Source: Octopus bimaculoides (lineage: Eukaryota). Taken from it: a stretch of 64,000 bases of DNA. This document shows, one piece after another, positions 1 to 13,061 of the stretch. The number at the start of each line of letters is the position of its first letter. Within the stretch, counting starts at the first letter, position 1. The stretch spans positions 68,990,713 through 69,054,712 of the forward strand of contig NC_068989.1 of NCBI RefSeq assembly GCF_001194135.2, in the 5' to 3' direction. The position numbers and the translations under genes were made by a program. A model generated the notes under the pieces. The model saw nothing but the letters and a program-made list of their open reading frames with translations. It did not search any database and had not been told where the DNA came from.

Positions 1-214
1 AACTGTACGAATTTCTGACTTATCCATCTCTAAACAAAAATAGCAAAAAATGATTTATAAATACTTTGTAAAGCGCAAAATGAGTTAGAATAAAGAAATA
101 AATATGTCAGCTTTCTAACAAAAAAATGAAGATTGTCAAAATATAACAATGGCACAAAATGAGCAGCTGTCAAATTTTACCATATAATTTACTACAAATT
201 TCATACTTGACGAC

Positions 215-810
215 CTAATAATGCCATCGATACCAGTATTTAATTGATACTTTATTTTATCAATCCCGAAAGGATGAAAAACAAAGTTGACCTCCGTAAG
301 ATTTTGAACCCAGGACATTAAAGAAGCAGGCAGAATACAGTAAATTACGCTTTCCGGCACCCTACCGACTTCACCAACTCATCTCCTTCGTATGTAACAA
401 TAATAATGATTTCGAATTTTGGCACAAGGCCCGCAATTTTAAGAGAGGAGATAAGCAGATTACATCGATCCCAGTACTCAACTGCTACTTATCTTATCGA
501 CTTCGAAAGAATGAAAGGTAAAAACGACTTCGGGGAAATTTGAACTCAGAAGGTAAAGACGAACGAAATGCGCTAACAATTTTAGCCCGCTCTCCGCCTT
601 GATGGTTTCAAATTTTGGCACAAAACCAACAGTTTCAGAGGAGGAGGAGGAGAGTCAATAACATTGACCCCAGAATTTGACTAAAGCTTTATCAATCCAG
701 AAAGGATGTTGATCTCGGTGAGATTTGAATTCCGGGCGTAAAGAACTGGAATAAATGCCGTAATGCGGGTTTTCCGATGCATGAACGATTCTTCCAGTTC
801 ATCGCCTTCG
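215..810 (-). mobile_element. Three degenerate head-to-tail copies of tRNA-derived SINE family A
   Basis: Each repeats the reverse complement of the family core, e.g. cccgaaaggatgaaaaacaaagttgacctc, tcgaaagaatgaaaggtaaaaacgacttcggggaaatttgaactcagaa. Confidence 0.8.
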
Positions 811-1094
811 TTCGTAACAATTGTAATTAGAATATCAACAGCAACAGCAAAGATAACAGCAGCAGCAGCAACGGAGAGACATTATATGGTCGCTCAACCT
901 GCTGGAAATAGCAACAAAATCTGCCTCAGTTCAAACACCACTGTCGTAAACAAGAATGAACGCTTTACATAATGCTGTTCTAAGAGTTGCAGCGCCAATA
1001 TAATATAGTTCTATCTTCAAAAATGATAAACCTGGGATGGTTTGGATTACAGGATTGCTCAATCAGGTGTGACCTGGGGTTAAACAACAATGAC

Positions 1095-1260
1095 TCCAGA
1101 TGTCGAATAATGGCATCAAATTTTGGTGAGTTGTATTTGAGGGGAAGGGAAGTATATTACACTGATCCCAATACACCGACCCCGAAAGGATGAAAGAGAA
1201 TTTGAACGAAAAGCTGCTAAGCATTTTGTCCGGCGTGCTAACGATTCGGTCAACGATACT
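1095..1260 (-). mobile_element. SINE family A, partial copy
   Basis: ccccgaaaggatgaaagag...gctaagcattttgtccggcgtgctaacgattc matches the other copies in the window. Confidence 0.75.
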
Positions 1261-1679
1261 ACTTTACAAATACCGAATAATAATCCAAGTAAACAGATAG
1301 TGAAGAAGTAATATCTATTGTAGATCATTATGAAACTAAAATTCTGTATTCTAGACTTGTTCCAAACACAATGCAGTGTGGAAAACACCGGCATAGTTAG
1401 AATTTGAGCCGCCCGGTCTAGTCCTTGGATTTGTGACTCCCAATCTGCATGAAAGACACATCATAATACATATTTAAAACGCAACCCTCAAAAAATGTTG
1501 CCTGGAACCGACGGCAGCCCCTACTTCATCCTTTAAGTTATGCAATATGGCCGAATGGTTAAGAAGTTCACTTCGCAAGCGCATGGTCTTGGATTGATGT
1601 CACTGCCTAATATATTGGCCTAGGGACTTCTATCATAACCTCATAGTAATCAGCTGCTACAAAGATAAAAGCGACAACC

Positions 1680-2035
1680 TGGAAATAATTACAGAGGTGT
1701 CAAATTGCCGGACCAGGTGATGAAAGTTACAGAAAGGATTATAGCTCGACTAATTAGGAAGAGAGTCAGCTTAAATGAGACGTAAGCTAAGGAGAAGCAC
1801 CAATGATGCTCTCTTCCTGGTAGGGCAACTGCAGAAATATTTAGCCAAGATATACCATAGTATTTAGCTTTCGTCGACATGAAGAAAGGTTTTGACAAAG
1901 TTCCTCGCTCCCTTATCTGGTGGTCAATGTGGGAGCTAGGGATAGATGAGTGGTTGGTGAAAGCTGTACAAGCCATATACAGAGATGCTGTCAGGGAGGT
2001 GAAATTCAGCAATGAATATAGCAATGAATTTAGTG
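1680..2035 (+). mobile_element. RTE-type non-LTR reverse transcriptase fragment, disrupted
   Basis: Translates to YRGVKLPDQVMKVTERIIARLIRKRV...YLAFVDMKKGFDKVPRSLIWWSMWELGIDEWLVKAVQAIY, matching RT motifs (YRGIKLL, AFVDxEKAFDRVPR). Contains stops and frameshifts. Confidence 0.85.
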
Positions 2036-2208
2036 AAATTAGGAAAACGGAAACTGTATGGAAGCCAGTTGAATGGATTGTACCAGTAATTCAAAGGTCC
2101 AGTCTCGTCACACGCTATGTCCCGCTGATTCTGATTAACATTTCATTAAGGGTGAACTACTATGGATTATTAGAGCTTCTTTTAATTTTATACTATTTGG
2201 GTATTTAA

Positions 2209-2430
2209 CTCTTTAAACCTGTGAGTACGCTTTAGCGGGTACAATTTAGTTTGACTATACCCGTAGAAGAAGCAAAAGCGGGCGGCCATTTGGTTCTGTG
2301 TTTACGGTTTGCTAATTGACATAGGCATCACTGTTTCCAGTTGTATACTTAAAACCACGTTGCCACCCGCTTTTGCATCTTCTATGGCTATAGTCAAACG
2401 AAATCAAACGGTATCCGCGAGTTCAAAGGA
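2209..2430. mobile_element. piggyBac-type MITE
   Basis: TTAA at 2205-2208 and 2431-2434. Long imperfect inverted arms: tttgactatacccgtagaagaagcaaaagcgggcggc versus the reverse complement of gccacccgcttttgcatcttctatggctatagtcaaa. Confidence 0.7.
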
Positions 2431-3194
2431 TTAAAAAGTACATTTAATCACTTTTTGTAACCTGAAGTTTCTAAAATAAATAAATAAATTAATTAATTAA
2501 ATTAAATTTTAGTTGTAATGGGTGTCATCCGAGTGCTAGTACAGCTCTACATTTTCAGCTGTCTTGTCATGAACGTCTGTCTTCTTGTGACATAGTTAGT
2601 GAAAGCATGGTAGATGCTACCAAGCCATGCTCGCTTGCTAGCGACGTTTGGATGTACTATCCTTATACACAAATGTAATTTAGTTTACTACTCTAATACA
2701 CAAATATAATGTAACGAACTCTCCAAATACTTAGCTATAATTTAGTATACTACTCTAAAAAAAAAAAAAACAAGCGAAACAACAAAAGCGATGAAATGTA
2801 GAATTAGCAGCTTGCACGACTTCAGTTCAATTTACAGCAGTTGTTTCTTTCTAAAGTCGGATAAGACAATGTAGGTATCTGATCTTTTGGAAAAGCTGCC
2901 TCGTTTTGATAGATGCTATTGATTTCTGGTTTGCCTCAGTTCCTAAAAGGAGACACAAGCTCTGGTTATTCAAAATTAGTCGAATGCTTTATATTTTGAT
3001 ATTTATTGGATCCTGTGGAAATATTCTTTACAATTGAAGAGTGTAGTCTAGATCCTAAGGAATCACTCTCTGCATTAAGAGGGGTATGATATCCGAGTGT
3101 GGGCGAAATATTTATTCAATACCTGCTCAAGCAAATAAAGTTAGAGCCAAGTTCTGACACATGATAATTTTAGGAGTCAAGGTGACATTTATAC

Positions 3195-3498
3195 TTGTAA
3201 TTCAGACTGCCACGTGGTCCCTGCAGACAAAATGGAAAAGGCGTTTCCTCCGGAGGATGGCGAGCGAGATGTGCTGGAACAGCCACCCTGGCTCACGGAG
3301 CTCGCACTTGTAGATATCAGTCTCCGCTCCGATAGCGGTGAGCAGAGATATGGTCCGGGACCGAGAACGCCGGAAGTCTCCGCTGCCACAAACTTGATCA
3401 TAAACCTGTCAGAGAGCGACCGATACTTCGACAGCTTGCTTTTATCAGCTTCACGAGCAGCGGAGCCTGAGTTGGTAGCTGAACACACCAAGTTGCCG
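3195..3498 (-). CDS. Alternative minus-strand reading of the same GC-rich segment
   Basis: Acceptor attctaccttctccag|C, then an open frame GNLVCSATNSGSAAREADKSKLSKYRSLSDRF...WQSELQ, ending at a weak donor (CAA|gtataa) or the stop at 3191-3189. Phase matches the exon at 8650-8681. Confidence 0.4.
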
Positions 3499-3507
3499 CT
3501 GGAGAAG
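3206..3507 (+). CDS. Candidate internal coding exon, unknown protein (plus-strand model)
   Basis: GC-rich island in an AT-rich background. Acceptor ttgtaattcag|AC, donor AAG|gtagaa, one open frame of 100 codons (CHVVPADKMEKAF...HTKLPLEK). No family recognised and the strand is ambiguous. Confidence 0.5.
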
Positions 3508-5575
3508 GTAGAATTTTGAATAACTACTAGGCTTAAGAAGACAAAAAAGAAAAAGAAAAATTATTGTTCTCTTTTTCTGAATTCGTATTTATATTTGTTT
3601 GTAAATGTTTTCTTTATTTCTTTTTCTTTTTGGCAAATTAAAAAAAAATGTGTAGGCGCACCAGTGATGGCGTTTCTAAAAGTTGGATTGATTTGTCAGA
3701 AATATCAGTCAAATTTCGGTTGCTAAGACGGATTGCCTTAATCACTGGCTTGCTAGATGAGAACAGACCTGAGGATAAACAACAACAATAATGACAACTG
3801 ACGACATGAACACATTGTGCAACTAAAATTAATAAGTATCGGCGTGGTTTGTTTTCTGGCAATTGCGATAAAGCTTATCACTGTTCATGATGATTCAAAT
3901 ATTTTCATTTAATATAACAGAACAGACCAACCAATTCAACAATTGACTTCGCAATTTATGAAAACGAAATGAAAACCAGTTTGAATACCAATTTAGTAAT
4001 TTGCCTTAAGAATTGAAAATGTAATAAATTAGAGTGGAATCCAAACAGCTGCATTAATTAATAGAACTATAATTGAAATCTTGATTAGTGAACTGAACAT
4101 TCGGATATAATGATATTAAAAATGAATCTGAAATGCCATCCACATGGCATATTTAATATTTCGAACATCAGAAATGCAATAAAGAAAAATAGTATGTATT
4201 CTGTGGAATATGGTTTGATTTAGCAAGCACATTGCGCACATATTTGAGGCGTTTTCACTTACAAATATTGCTGAAATAATACTGATGCAATGTAATATAT
4301 TTAATATATTTAATATATTTAATATATTATATAATAATACTTCTGCAAGTGTCTGCTGAGAAAGGGGATTTAAATTGAAGAAAGATAAATAAGATGTGTT
4401 TGCTCTATTCAAACTCTCTTGTTTGTAAGGAATTCCTGGGGGTAGATTCAGGAATTCCTGAGGTAGATCCAGCGACAATTGTAAAAAAAATACTGTGGAT
4501 GACGCCAGGTAGCTATAGGCCGCGAACATACTTCACCGGTTAACAATTAGATACATACCCAATACTTAAATAATTATTTATAATTACTATANNNNNNNNN
4601 NNNNNNNNNNNNNNNNNNNNNNNNNNNNNNNNNNNNNNNNNNNNNNNNNNNNNNNNNNNNNNNNNNNNNNNNNNNNNNNNNNNNNNNNNNNNNNNNNNNN
4701 NNNNNNNNNNNNNNNNNNNNNNNNNNNNNNNNNNNNNNNNNNNNNNNNNNNNNNNNNNNNNNNNNNNNNNNNNNNNNNNNNNNNNNNNNNNNNNNNNNNN
4801 NNNNNNNNNNNNNNNNNNNNNNNNNNNNNNNNNNNNNNNNNNNNNNNNNNNNNNNNNNNNNNNNNNNNNNNNNNNNNNNNNNNNNNNNNNNNNNNNNNNN
4901 NNNNNNNNNNNNNNNNNNNNNNNNNNNNNNNNNNNNNNNNNNNNNNNNNNNNNNNNNNNNNNNNNNNNNNNNNNNNNNNNNNNNNNNNNNNNNNNNNNNN
5001 NNNNNNNNNNNNNNNNNNNNNNNNNNNNNNNNNNNNNNNNNNNNNNNNNNNNNNNNNNNNNNNNNNNNNNNNNNNNNNNNNNNNNNNNNNNNNNNNNNNN
5101 NNNNNNNNNNNNNNNNNNNNNNNNNNNNNNNNNNNNNNNNNNNNNNNNNNNNNNNNNNNNNNNNNNNNNNNNNNNNNNNNNNNNNNNNNNNNNNNNNNNN
5201 NNNNNNNNNNNNNNNNNNNNNNNNNNNNNNNNNNNNNNNNNNNNNNNNNNNNNNNNNNNNNNNNNNNNNNNNNNNNNNNNNNNNNNNNNNNNNNNNNNNN
5301 NNNNNNNNNNNNNNNNNNNNNNNNNNNNNNNNNNNNNNNNNNNNNNNNNNNNNNNNNNNNNNNNNNNNNNNNNNNNNNNNNNNNNNNNNNNNNNNNNNNN
5401 NNNNNNNNNNNNNNNNNNNNNNNNNNNNNNNNNNNNNNNNNNNNNNNNNNNNNNNNNNNNNNNNNNNNNNNNNNNNNNNNNNNNNNNNNNNNNNNNNNNN
5501 NNNNNNNNNNNNNNNNNNNNNNNNNNNNNNTATATATATATATACATATACATTGAAAGAGAGAGAGAAAAAGAC

Positions 5576-5660
<85 letters not shown>

Positions 5661-6567
5661 AACGTATATATAGGTTTGTGTGTGTGGGTGTATATATATA
5701 TACCCATACACAGACACAAACACACCCATACATATACGTATTACACCTTACAGTTAACAATTGTCCTTATTATTGCAGCGTGAATTAACCGTGTAACTCA
5801 TTACTTCCCTGTATAAATGCCCAAAATATACGCCCTTGTGACAAAGTTAAAAATGAATTATGATCAATGAAGGCTATCGTATTTAATTGCATGTTATTTT
5901 ACTATAATCTCTGTAAATTCGATATTTTTTTGCTCATATTTAATTTTATAGTATAACCTTGGTTTTGAATTCATTAACTTTTACAGTGTTGATTATACAG
6001 TAGATTACTGATGTGTGTGTGTGTGCGCGCGCGTAGGTGTGCGCGCGCGTAGGTGTGCGTGTGTTATACAAACACACACATGTATAATATATATATATAT
6101 ACAGGGTGGCCCAAAAGTAAGTTTACAGTTATAAACACACACACACACACATGTATAAATATACATATACATACGCGCGCGTGTGCAAATATACCCCAAT
6201 ATACATATATATATATACGCAAAAATATAGTGTATATATTGAAATATATTTATACCTCTGTGTGTGTGTGTGTGTGTGTGTGNNNNNNNNNNNNNNNNNN
6301 NNNNNNNNNNNNNNNNNNNNNNNNNNNNNNNNNNNNNNNNNNNNNNNNNNNNNNNNNNNNNNNNNNNNNNNNNNNNNNNNNNNNNNNNNNNNNNNNNNNN
6401 NNNNNNNNNNNNNNNNNNNNNNNNNNNNNNNNNNNNNNNNNNNNNNNNNNNNNNNNNNNNNNNNNNNNNNNNNNNNNNNNNNNNNNNNNNNNNNNNNNNN
6501 NNNNNNNNNNNNNNNNNNNNNNNNNNNNNNNNNNNNATTTTTGTATTTTTTATATATAAAAAAATAA

Positions 6568-6602
6568 AGCGGCGTACGTACACTTTGGTCTCTTATATGT
6601 AA

Positions 6603-6636
<34 letters not shown>

Positions 6637-7367
6637 GACTCTATTCTTTCTTTCTATCAGCTCTTTCACGCTCATTCCACTCTTCGTATTTTCGTTCCCC
6701 CTCTCTCACATTTCCTGACCTTCTCTTCATGCTCACCTTCCCTCTTCTTTCACTTCACTCTGTCCCTTTCATTTTTTCTCGCCCCTCCTAATTCTTCTAT
6801 CCCTCTGCCTCTACCTCTCTCACTTCTCTCCCCACGTTACCGATGTTCGGCCAAGCTCGACCTTTCTTTCTTGGTTCGACTACCATCCACGCAACATATA
6901 TATTCCTCCCTTTGCCTGTCAAACCTTATGTCTCTGCCGTAAGGCTTTACTTCCACACACACCAGCTTAATTTAATTCGTCCTTAGTCGAAAGACACCCG
7001 TTGTTAATGTCCTGTTATTTGTATTTGTGTACCATTTCTACGTTTTTTTTTTTCTATCCTTGTTTTCGTATACATTCGCTGCTTTCTTCCAAGGAATCTA
7101 ATGCTCTTGGCTTAGTTTTTCCTTGGGTCTGGCCAGATTGGAGCAATCCTGAGTATAACCAGCCGAAATTGCAAAGATAATCTGAAACTCGACTGAGGAA
7201 AGAAAACTCTAAATGACCCGTCCTTCTTTTCTTTGCATCGTCTGTCTGGATGTTTTGCGTTCTTGTCCCATTTTTGTATTATATATATGTGTGTGTGTGT
7301 GTGTGTATGTGTGTGTATACATATATACATATATATATATAAGAGACCAAAGTGTACGTACGCCGCT
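6568..7367. mobile_element. ~800 bp non-coding element bounded by a perfect 31 bp inverted repeat
   Basis: agcggcgtacgtacactttggtctcttatat (6568-6598) is the exact reverse complement of 7337-7367. The interior is pyrimidine-rich with microsatellites. Confidence 0.6.
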
Positions 7368-8234
7368 ATATATATATTCGTCACACCCCGAAACCCAGAA
7401 TCACTCTTGAGGAAAGGGCAAAGAGCTCCCACTATTTATTGTACTTAATGATGTATGTGATACAAAATAAAATAATAAAATATAAATATGAAATTAAAAT
7501 GTAATATAAATATAAATATTCATTAACTGATTGATTAATCAAATGATTATTCAAGCAATCGATTAGTTAACCAATTGAAGAGTAATGAAGAAGTGAATCT
7601 GAACTAGTGCGTGTGTTTATTATTGGCATAATGACCTACCCAAGATACAACCGATTCATATAAATTTAGATACACATATGTAAATGAATTTCCGTCACTT
7701 TGGACGATGAACATCGAGTTGCTCGAGCAACTCAAGTGGTTGACTATTCCATAGACGCACTATGTGACAAGGTTAGACTTTGGACCAGGTACAATTCACC
7801 CGATAGGCGTCTACACAGTTCCTGTCACAAGACTTAGAAGGACATGAGAGTATGGTTAAAAGACATTTTCCCAAGATGTCATACTGTGGCATCGAACCCG
7901 AGACCTCATGACTGCTAAGTGACTTCGGCTATTTGGCTATTGCTGCGTTCACAATGTGCATTTGTACACGCGCGCACATACTCACACACGCACACACACG
8001 CACACGCACGCACGCACACGCGCACACACACACATACACACACACACACATACACACACANNNNNNNNNNCACACACACACAGACACAGACACACACACA
8101 CACATACACACACACACACATACACACACACACAGACACAGACACACACACACACATACTCGTATTGCTCCAAAGTGGTCAGTTATTACAAAGGAGATAG
8201 TCATTTTTCATATTTAACAGACTGACAGAATCGT

Positions 8235-8420
8235 TAGCGTGTCGGACAAAATGTTTAGCAGTATTTCATCAAACTCTTTACGTTTCGGGTTCAAATTCTG
8301 TTGATGTCAAATTTGCTTTTCATCTTTTTGGTGTCCATAAAAATAAAGTAATAGTCAAGTACTGGAGTTGATGTAATGTACATATTTCTTCTCCTCAAAA
8401 TTATCAGCCTTGTCTCAAAA
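8235..8420 (+). mobile_element. SINE family A
   Basis: cagaatcgttagcgtgtcggacaaaatgtttagc...ggttcaaattctgttgatgtcaaatttgcttttcatc. Confidence 0.75.
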
Positions 8421-8649
8421 GTAGGAAGAAAAACATCTGTGTATTTGTATGCACACGTCAATGTACTTGTTTGTAAACACGTATGTATGTTTGTGTAGTA
8501 TAACATGCCGTGTTAAGCGATTAATAATCCTTATGCGCTACAAACTTATCAGTGCTCTTAACAAACAACGGAGATTTAAGCTACATAAACACATATTGTT
8601 GCCCTTGTAGGATTAATGTTATTTATTCACTGAAGCATAAAATCCTTAC

Positions 8650-8681
8650 ATTTCATAATCTAAATCAGAAGTGGCCGCCAT
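8650..8681 (-). CDS. Probable first coding exon of a minus-strand gene (MAATSDLDYE + 2 nt)
   Basis: Minus strand reads aaaATGGCGGCCACTTCTGATTTAGATTATGAAAT|gtaagg: strong start context and a near-consensus GT donor, phase 2. Product unknown. Confidence 0.6.
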
Positions 8682-9059
8682 TTTAACATTCCAATACTCT
8701 AATTTTTTTTTTCATATACAACTTCAGCTGTACCATAAAAATAGTCTCCACCGCCATTCAATTTTTACAATTGTAGAGAGAGAGCGACAAAAAATTTCAG
8801 ATTCAACATTCTTTACAAATATTTCAACATCAAACATGGGTCCTACACCAATTGAAATCATGTTAGTTATTAAAACGAAAACGGTAAAACATTAAGTGTA
8901 CAAAGATGTCATTACCACTTACTTTACTTTACTAACATCAATAACCATCTAAAATATGGGAAGCTTTTCTGTCGCACATATTATAATAGTGTATATTATA
9001 TTTATTTTATGTAGTATATATAGTATCATGTATATACAAACTGGGAAAGTTACTGACTG

Positions 9060-9250
9060 TAATATTGGTTTCAAATTTTGGTACAATGCCAGAAGTTTCG
9101 GGAAAGGGACCAACTCGATTACATCGACCCCAAGATCAATGGCAAAGTCGACCTTAGCGGAATTTGAATGCAGAACGTAAAGACGGATGAAATGCCGGTT
9201 AGCATTTTGCTCGGCGTTGCTAACGATTCTGCCAGCTCGTCGCCTTACAC
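9060..9250 (-). mobile_element. SINE family A
   Basis: ggcaaagtcgaccttagcggaatttgaatgcagaacgtaaagacggatgaaatgccg...gctaacgattctgccagctcgtcgcctt. Confidence 0.85.
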
Positions 9251-9659
9251 TAAATGTCATCACTGCGCTTGAAACAGCATTAGATTAACATGATAATGTG
9301 TGTGATATTCATAATGCATATACAAAAATGGAATAGTGTTCAATCTCGTATGAACAGGGTACGACCAAAAATCCCCAGAACTACCAGTCTTGATGAATGT
9401 TTCAACAACAAACACAGTGTGCACTGATCTAAACTAAAATGGTGACAAAAAAGAAATGATAAAATATTAGCTACATGGTGGAACCATTATCACAAGCGGC
9501 ACAACAATGACCGTGTAAAATATGGGATTTTTTTGCCGCACCCTTTACTTGTTTCAGTCATTGGACTGTAGCCAAGCTGGGGCGCTACATTGAAGGGTAT
9601 TGTCGTACAAATCCATCCGCAGTCCTTATTAATTTTAAGTGTGGTGCTTCTTCTCTCTC

Positions 9660-11150
9660 CTCTTCTCGTCTCTAACAATTCACGAAAGAAAATATTTGTT
9701 CATGTCTGCACGTTGTTCGGAAACGACAGGTGTAAATGTAACTCTGACAAATATTCCTAGTTCTGAAAACTATTCACAGAGTAGTGATCACCAAAAATTA
9801 ATAATGTCATCAGGCATTTGTTACTGAAAGAAGCTCATTAAATAATATTTTTACTTATATTAATTAATTATATTTTAAATAATGAATTTGTTTCCTAACG
9901 AATAAGTACCTCTTGTATATTCTAAGACATATGTAAGAATTTTGTTCTCTAAGTGAAAATGGATTTATAAAGCTGATTATATAATCTCCTGCTTTAGTAA
10001 AATCACAAAAACGATTTTCAAATGGTTCATAAAATAAACTTGATATTTTTTCAACATATTTTTTTAAAACGCAGTTATCTTTAACATATTCATTCTGCTC
10101 TTTTAAATGCGGAAATTGGTTTAAATATTCATTTCTTAGCTGGGCGATGAACAATTTAATTTCATTTTAAATGCCTTGATATTTACTTAATCGAGAAACA
10201 ATTTGTTCTAATAATGTAGTTTTAAATTTAGATCAGTAAGATGGCTGTAAGTAAAAGTATTAAATCAATCAATTGTTATCATATAAAAGAGCTCTTTCTT
10301 TGAGTGACTTATTTTTCTCTTCTAAAAATTCATAAACACCATATTCCAGATCTGAAATTTCGGAATAATCTTTGAACTGTTTAATGTATTTGTTCTAATT
10401 CTAATTACATGCTGTTAAGTTCAACTCTCACTGAGGTCAACTTTGCCATTCGCTTTTCATGGTCGATAAAAAAAAGTATCAATCCAGTGGATTGGAGGAA
10501 CTGTAAGAATGTTGAACCAGGTGCCTTGTGGTGTTTGTTCTACTTCTTTGTGTTGAGTTCAAATCTCGTTATGGCCTACTTGGTTAGTAGACTTAACCCA
10601 TCACCCGGTTTAACAACACCTGGTACATTAAGGTGTGTTATTAGTGGAGTCCAACTTGTAAGCATTCAGGACAGTTTCTGGTTTCAGGACACCTTCCCCG
10701 CTTCCTTCCACCAATCTTGAAGAACTTGTAGCATTGCCTCCTCTCCTGACTAAAAGATATTATAAAAGTTGAATTTTTCCACATAACTCTTGATGTATAT
10801 AATACAACAAAGTTCAAATGGAGGATGATCTAAACAGTTTCAAATTGTCCTAACGATACTGTCTATCGATGACACTATTAGCAGAAGCATTGATGAATTT
10901 ACTGAAATTTACAGATCCTCCTAGAACAATTATACGATTTTATCTTGACCGAAATAGCTGATCCTCTTGTTTTTCAGTGAAGAGATTCAAGACCGTCATG
11001 TTCCTCAAAAGCGTTAAATTTACATCAGTTTCTCTGAGCCATATCACATATGTTGGTAGATTCGGCCAAAACGACCAAGCGACTCCATTTAATTGAACAA
11101 TACAACCATTACATCAATTTAAATGCAGTCCTCAGCTGCATAAATACAGA
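9660..11150 (-). mobile_element. Decayed hAT transposase (GTF2IRD2/EPM2AIP1-like), interrupted by a SINE near 10410-10570
   Basis: Across frames: LAESTNICDMAQ (DESTD motif), IHQELCGK, HLTDLNLKL...IKAFKMKL, FPHL...KYVEKISSLFYEPFENRFCDF...FINPF, HEQIFSFVN. Confidence 0.8.
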
Positions 11151-11718
11151 GAATTAAATTAAATTAAAACAAATGGACACATTAGTATAATTTTGCCTAA
11201 AACCTCCAAGAAGGTAAGGAGATAGACATGCTGTCTCTTAGAAGCTACTAAGGTATTTTGATTTTAATCACCTTATATATATATATATATNNNNNNNNNN
11301 NNNNNNNNNNNNNNNNNNNNNNNNNNNNNNNNNNNNNNNNNNNNNNNNNNNNNNNNNNNNNNNNNNNNNNNNNNNNNNNNNNNNNNNNNNNNNNNNNNNN
11401 NNNNNNNNNNNNNNNNNNNNNNNNNNNNNNNNNNNNNNNNNNNNNNNNNNNNNNNNNNNNNNNNNNNNNNNNNNNNNNNNNNNNNNNNNNNNNNNNNNNN
11501 NNNNNNNNNNNNNNNNNNNNNNNNNNNNNNNNNNNNNNNNNNNNNNNNNNNNNNNNNNNNNNNNNNNNNNNNNNNNNNNNNNNNNNNNNNNNNNNNNNNN
11601 NNNNNNNNNNNNNNNNNNNNNNNNNNNNNNNNNNNNNNNNNNNNNNNNNNNNNNNNNNNNNNNNNNNNNNNNNNNNNNNNNNNNNNNNNNNNNNNNNNNN
11701 NNNNNNNNNNNNNNNNNN

Positions 11719-11762
<44 letters not shown>

Positions 11763-12192
11763 TGTGTGTGTCTGTGTGTGTAGTACTGGGGTCGATTTGT
11801 TCGATTAAACCCTTCAAGGCAGAGCTACAACTTGACCGTGGTAATTTGACTGAAACAAGGAAAAAGTGTAAAAGAGAATATATGTAAATATATTGATGCA
11901 TTTCAGCGTCTGGTAATTTACTATGTTCAACTGAACGCATTTTCTCCTTAAATACTTTTAAATACGTCACAGACCATCTCCCACATCCATTAATCCTCCC
12001 CTATACACTCAGCAATGATCTTGACAATGAACTCATCAGAACACGTGATGTCATCACCAGTGTAGATATGGAGAAGGCCTAATGTGGTTCAAGGCATTTT
12101 GCCCATTGATAATATCTAGTTAATCTCATCAATGGATAATACCTCATTGGGGTCCCTCTAAATATGAAATAAATTATAAACCTGCAGATGTT

Positions 12193-12251
<59 letters not shown>

Positions 12252-12747
12252 CAAACATACATACATACATACATACATACATACATACATACATACATAC
12301 ATACATACAGATATATATATATAAAGTATATATATATATATATAAATATGTATGTATGTATTTATATTCTTTTAAATATTGAAATGCGTCACAGACTACC
12401 CCCCTCTTCCTTTTCATTTCATTAACATCTCACCTGCACATTGTTGTATTACAGTCTGACGTGGTCTTGGCAATGAAATTTAGGATAGACATGATGTCAT
12501 TACCAGTGTGTACAAAAATGATTGTATATCTCAATGACCGTTGATAATCTGTTAATTTCTTGGCAAGAGCCCTTCACTGAGGTTTTCCTCGATATTAAGA
12601 TTGTAATCAGTAATAAACCAGCTTATACTGGAGATGTTTATTCTCTAAAAGTAATAGATACATACATACATACAAAGAGAGAAAGAGAAAAAAGAATTTA
12701 AAAAATGGGAAGACGAGAGAGAGAGAGACATATACATATATATGCAT

Positions 12748-12800
<53 letters not shown>

Positions 12801-13061
12801 TTTCCTTCCTCCGCTTTTTCCTTCTTTGGACTTTCTTTGTTTCCGACGAAGAGCTCCGCTCGAAACGTCATATTCTCTTTCTTTCCTTTCCCGAGCGTCT
12901 AGTAACACAATCTGTATCACGTCCTCGCGTTGTTGTTTTTTTTTTGTTGTTTTTTTTTTGTCTTTTTCCTTTTTTGAACCTATATATATATATTCGCGAA
13001 ATGAATCAGTAGCAGCACAGATTTCGTGAGGGACGGGTTAATAGATCCCTTATAATGGTGA

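Noticed and set aside
7716-7733. 18 bp palindrome gagttgctcgagcaactc and a possible minus-strand exon around it
   Set aside because: Isolated short palindrome. The exon is phase-incompatible with the 8650 donor and lies next to SINE debris.
8728-8883. Plus-strand exon LYHKNSLHRH...IKTKT, phase-compatible with 3507
   Set aside because: AT-rich with no recognisable family, and it overlaps the leader of the better-supported minus-strand ATG exon. Not excluded, but unsupported.
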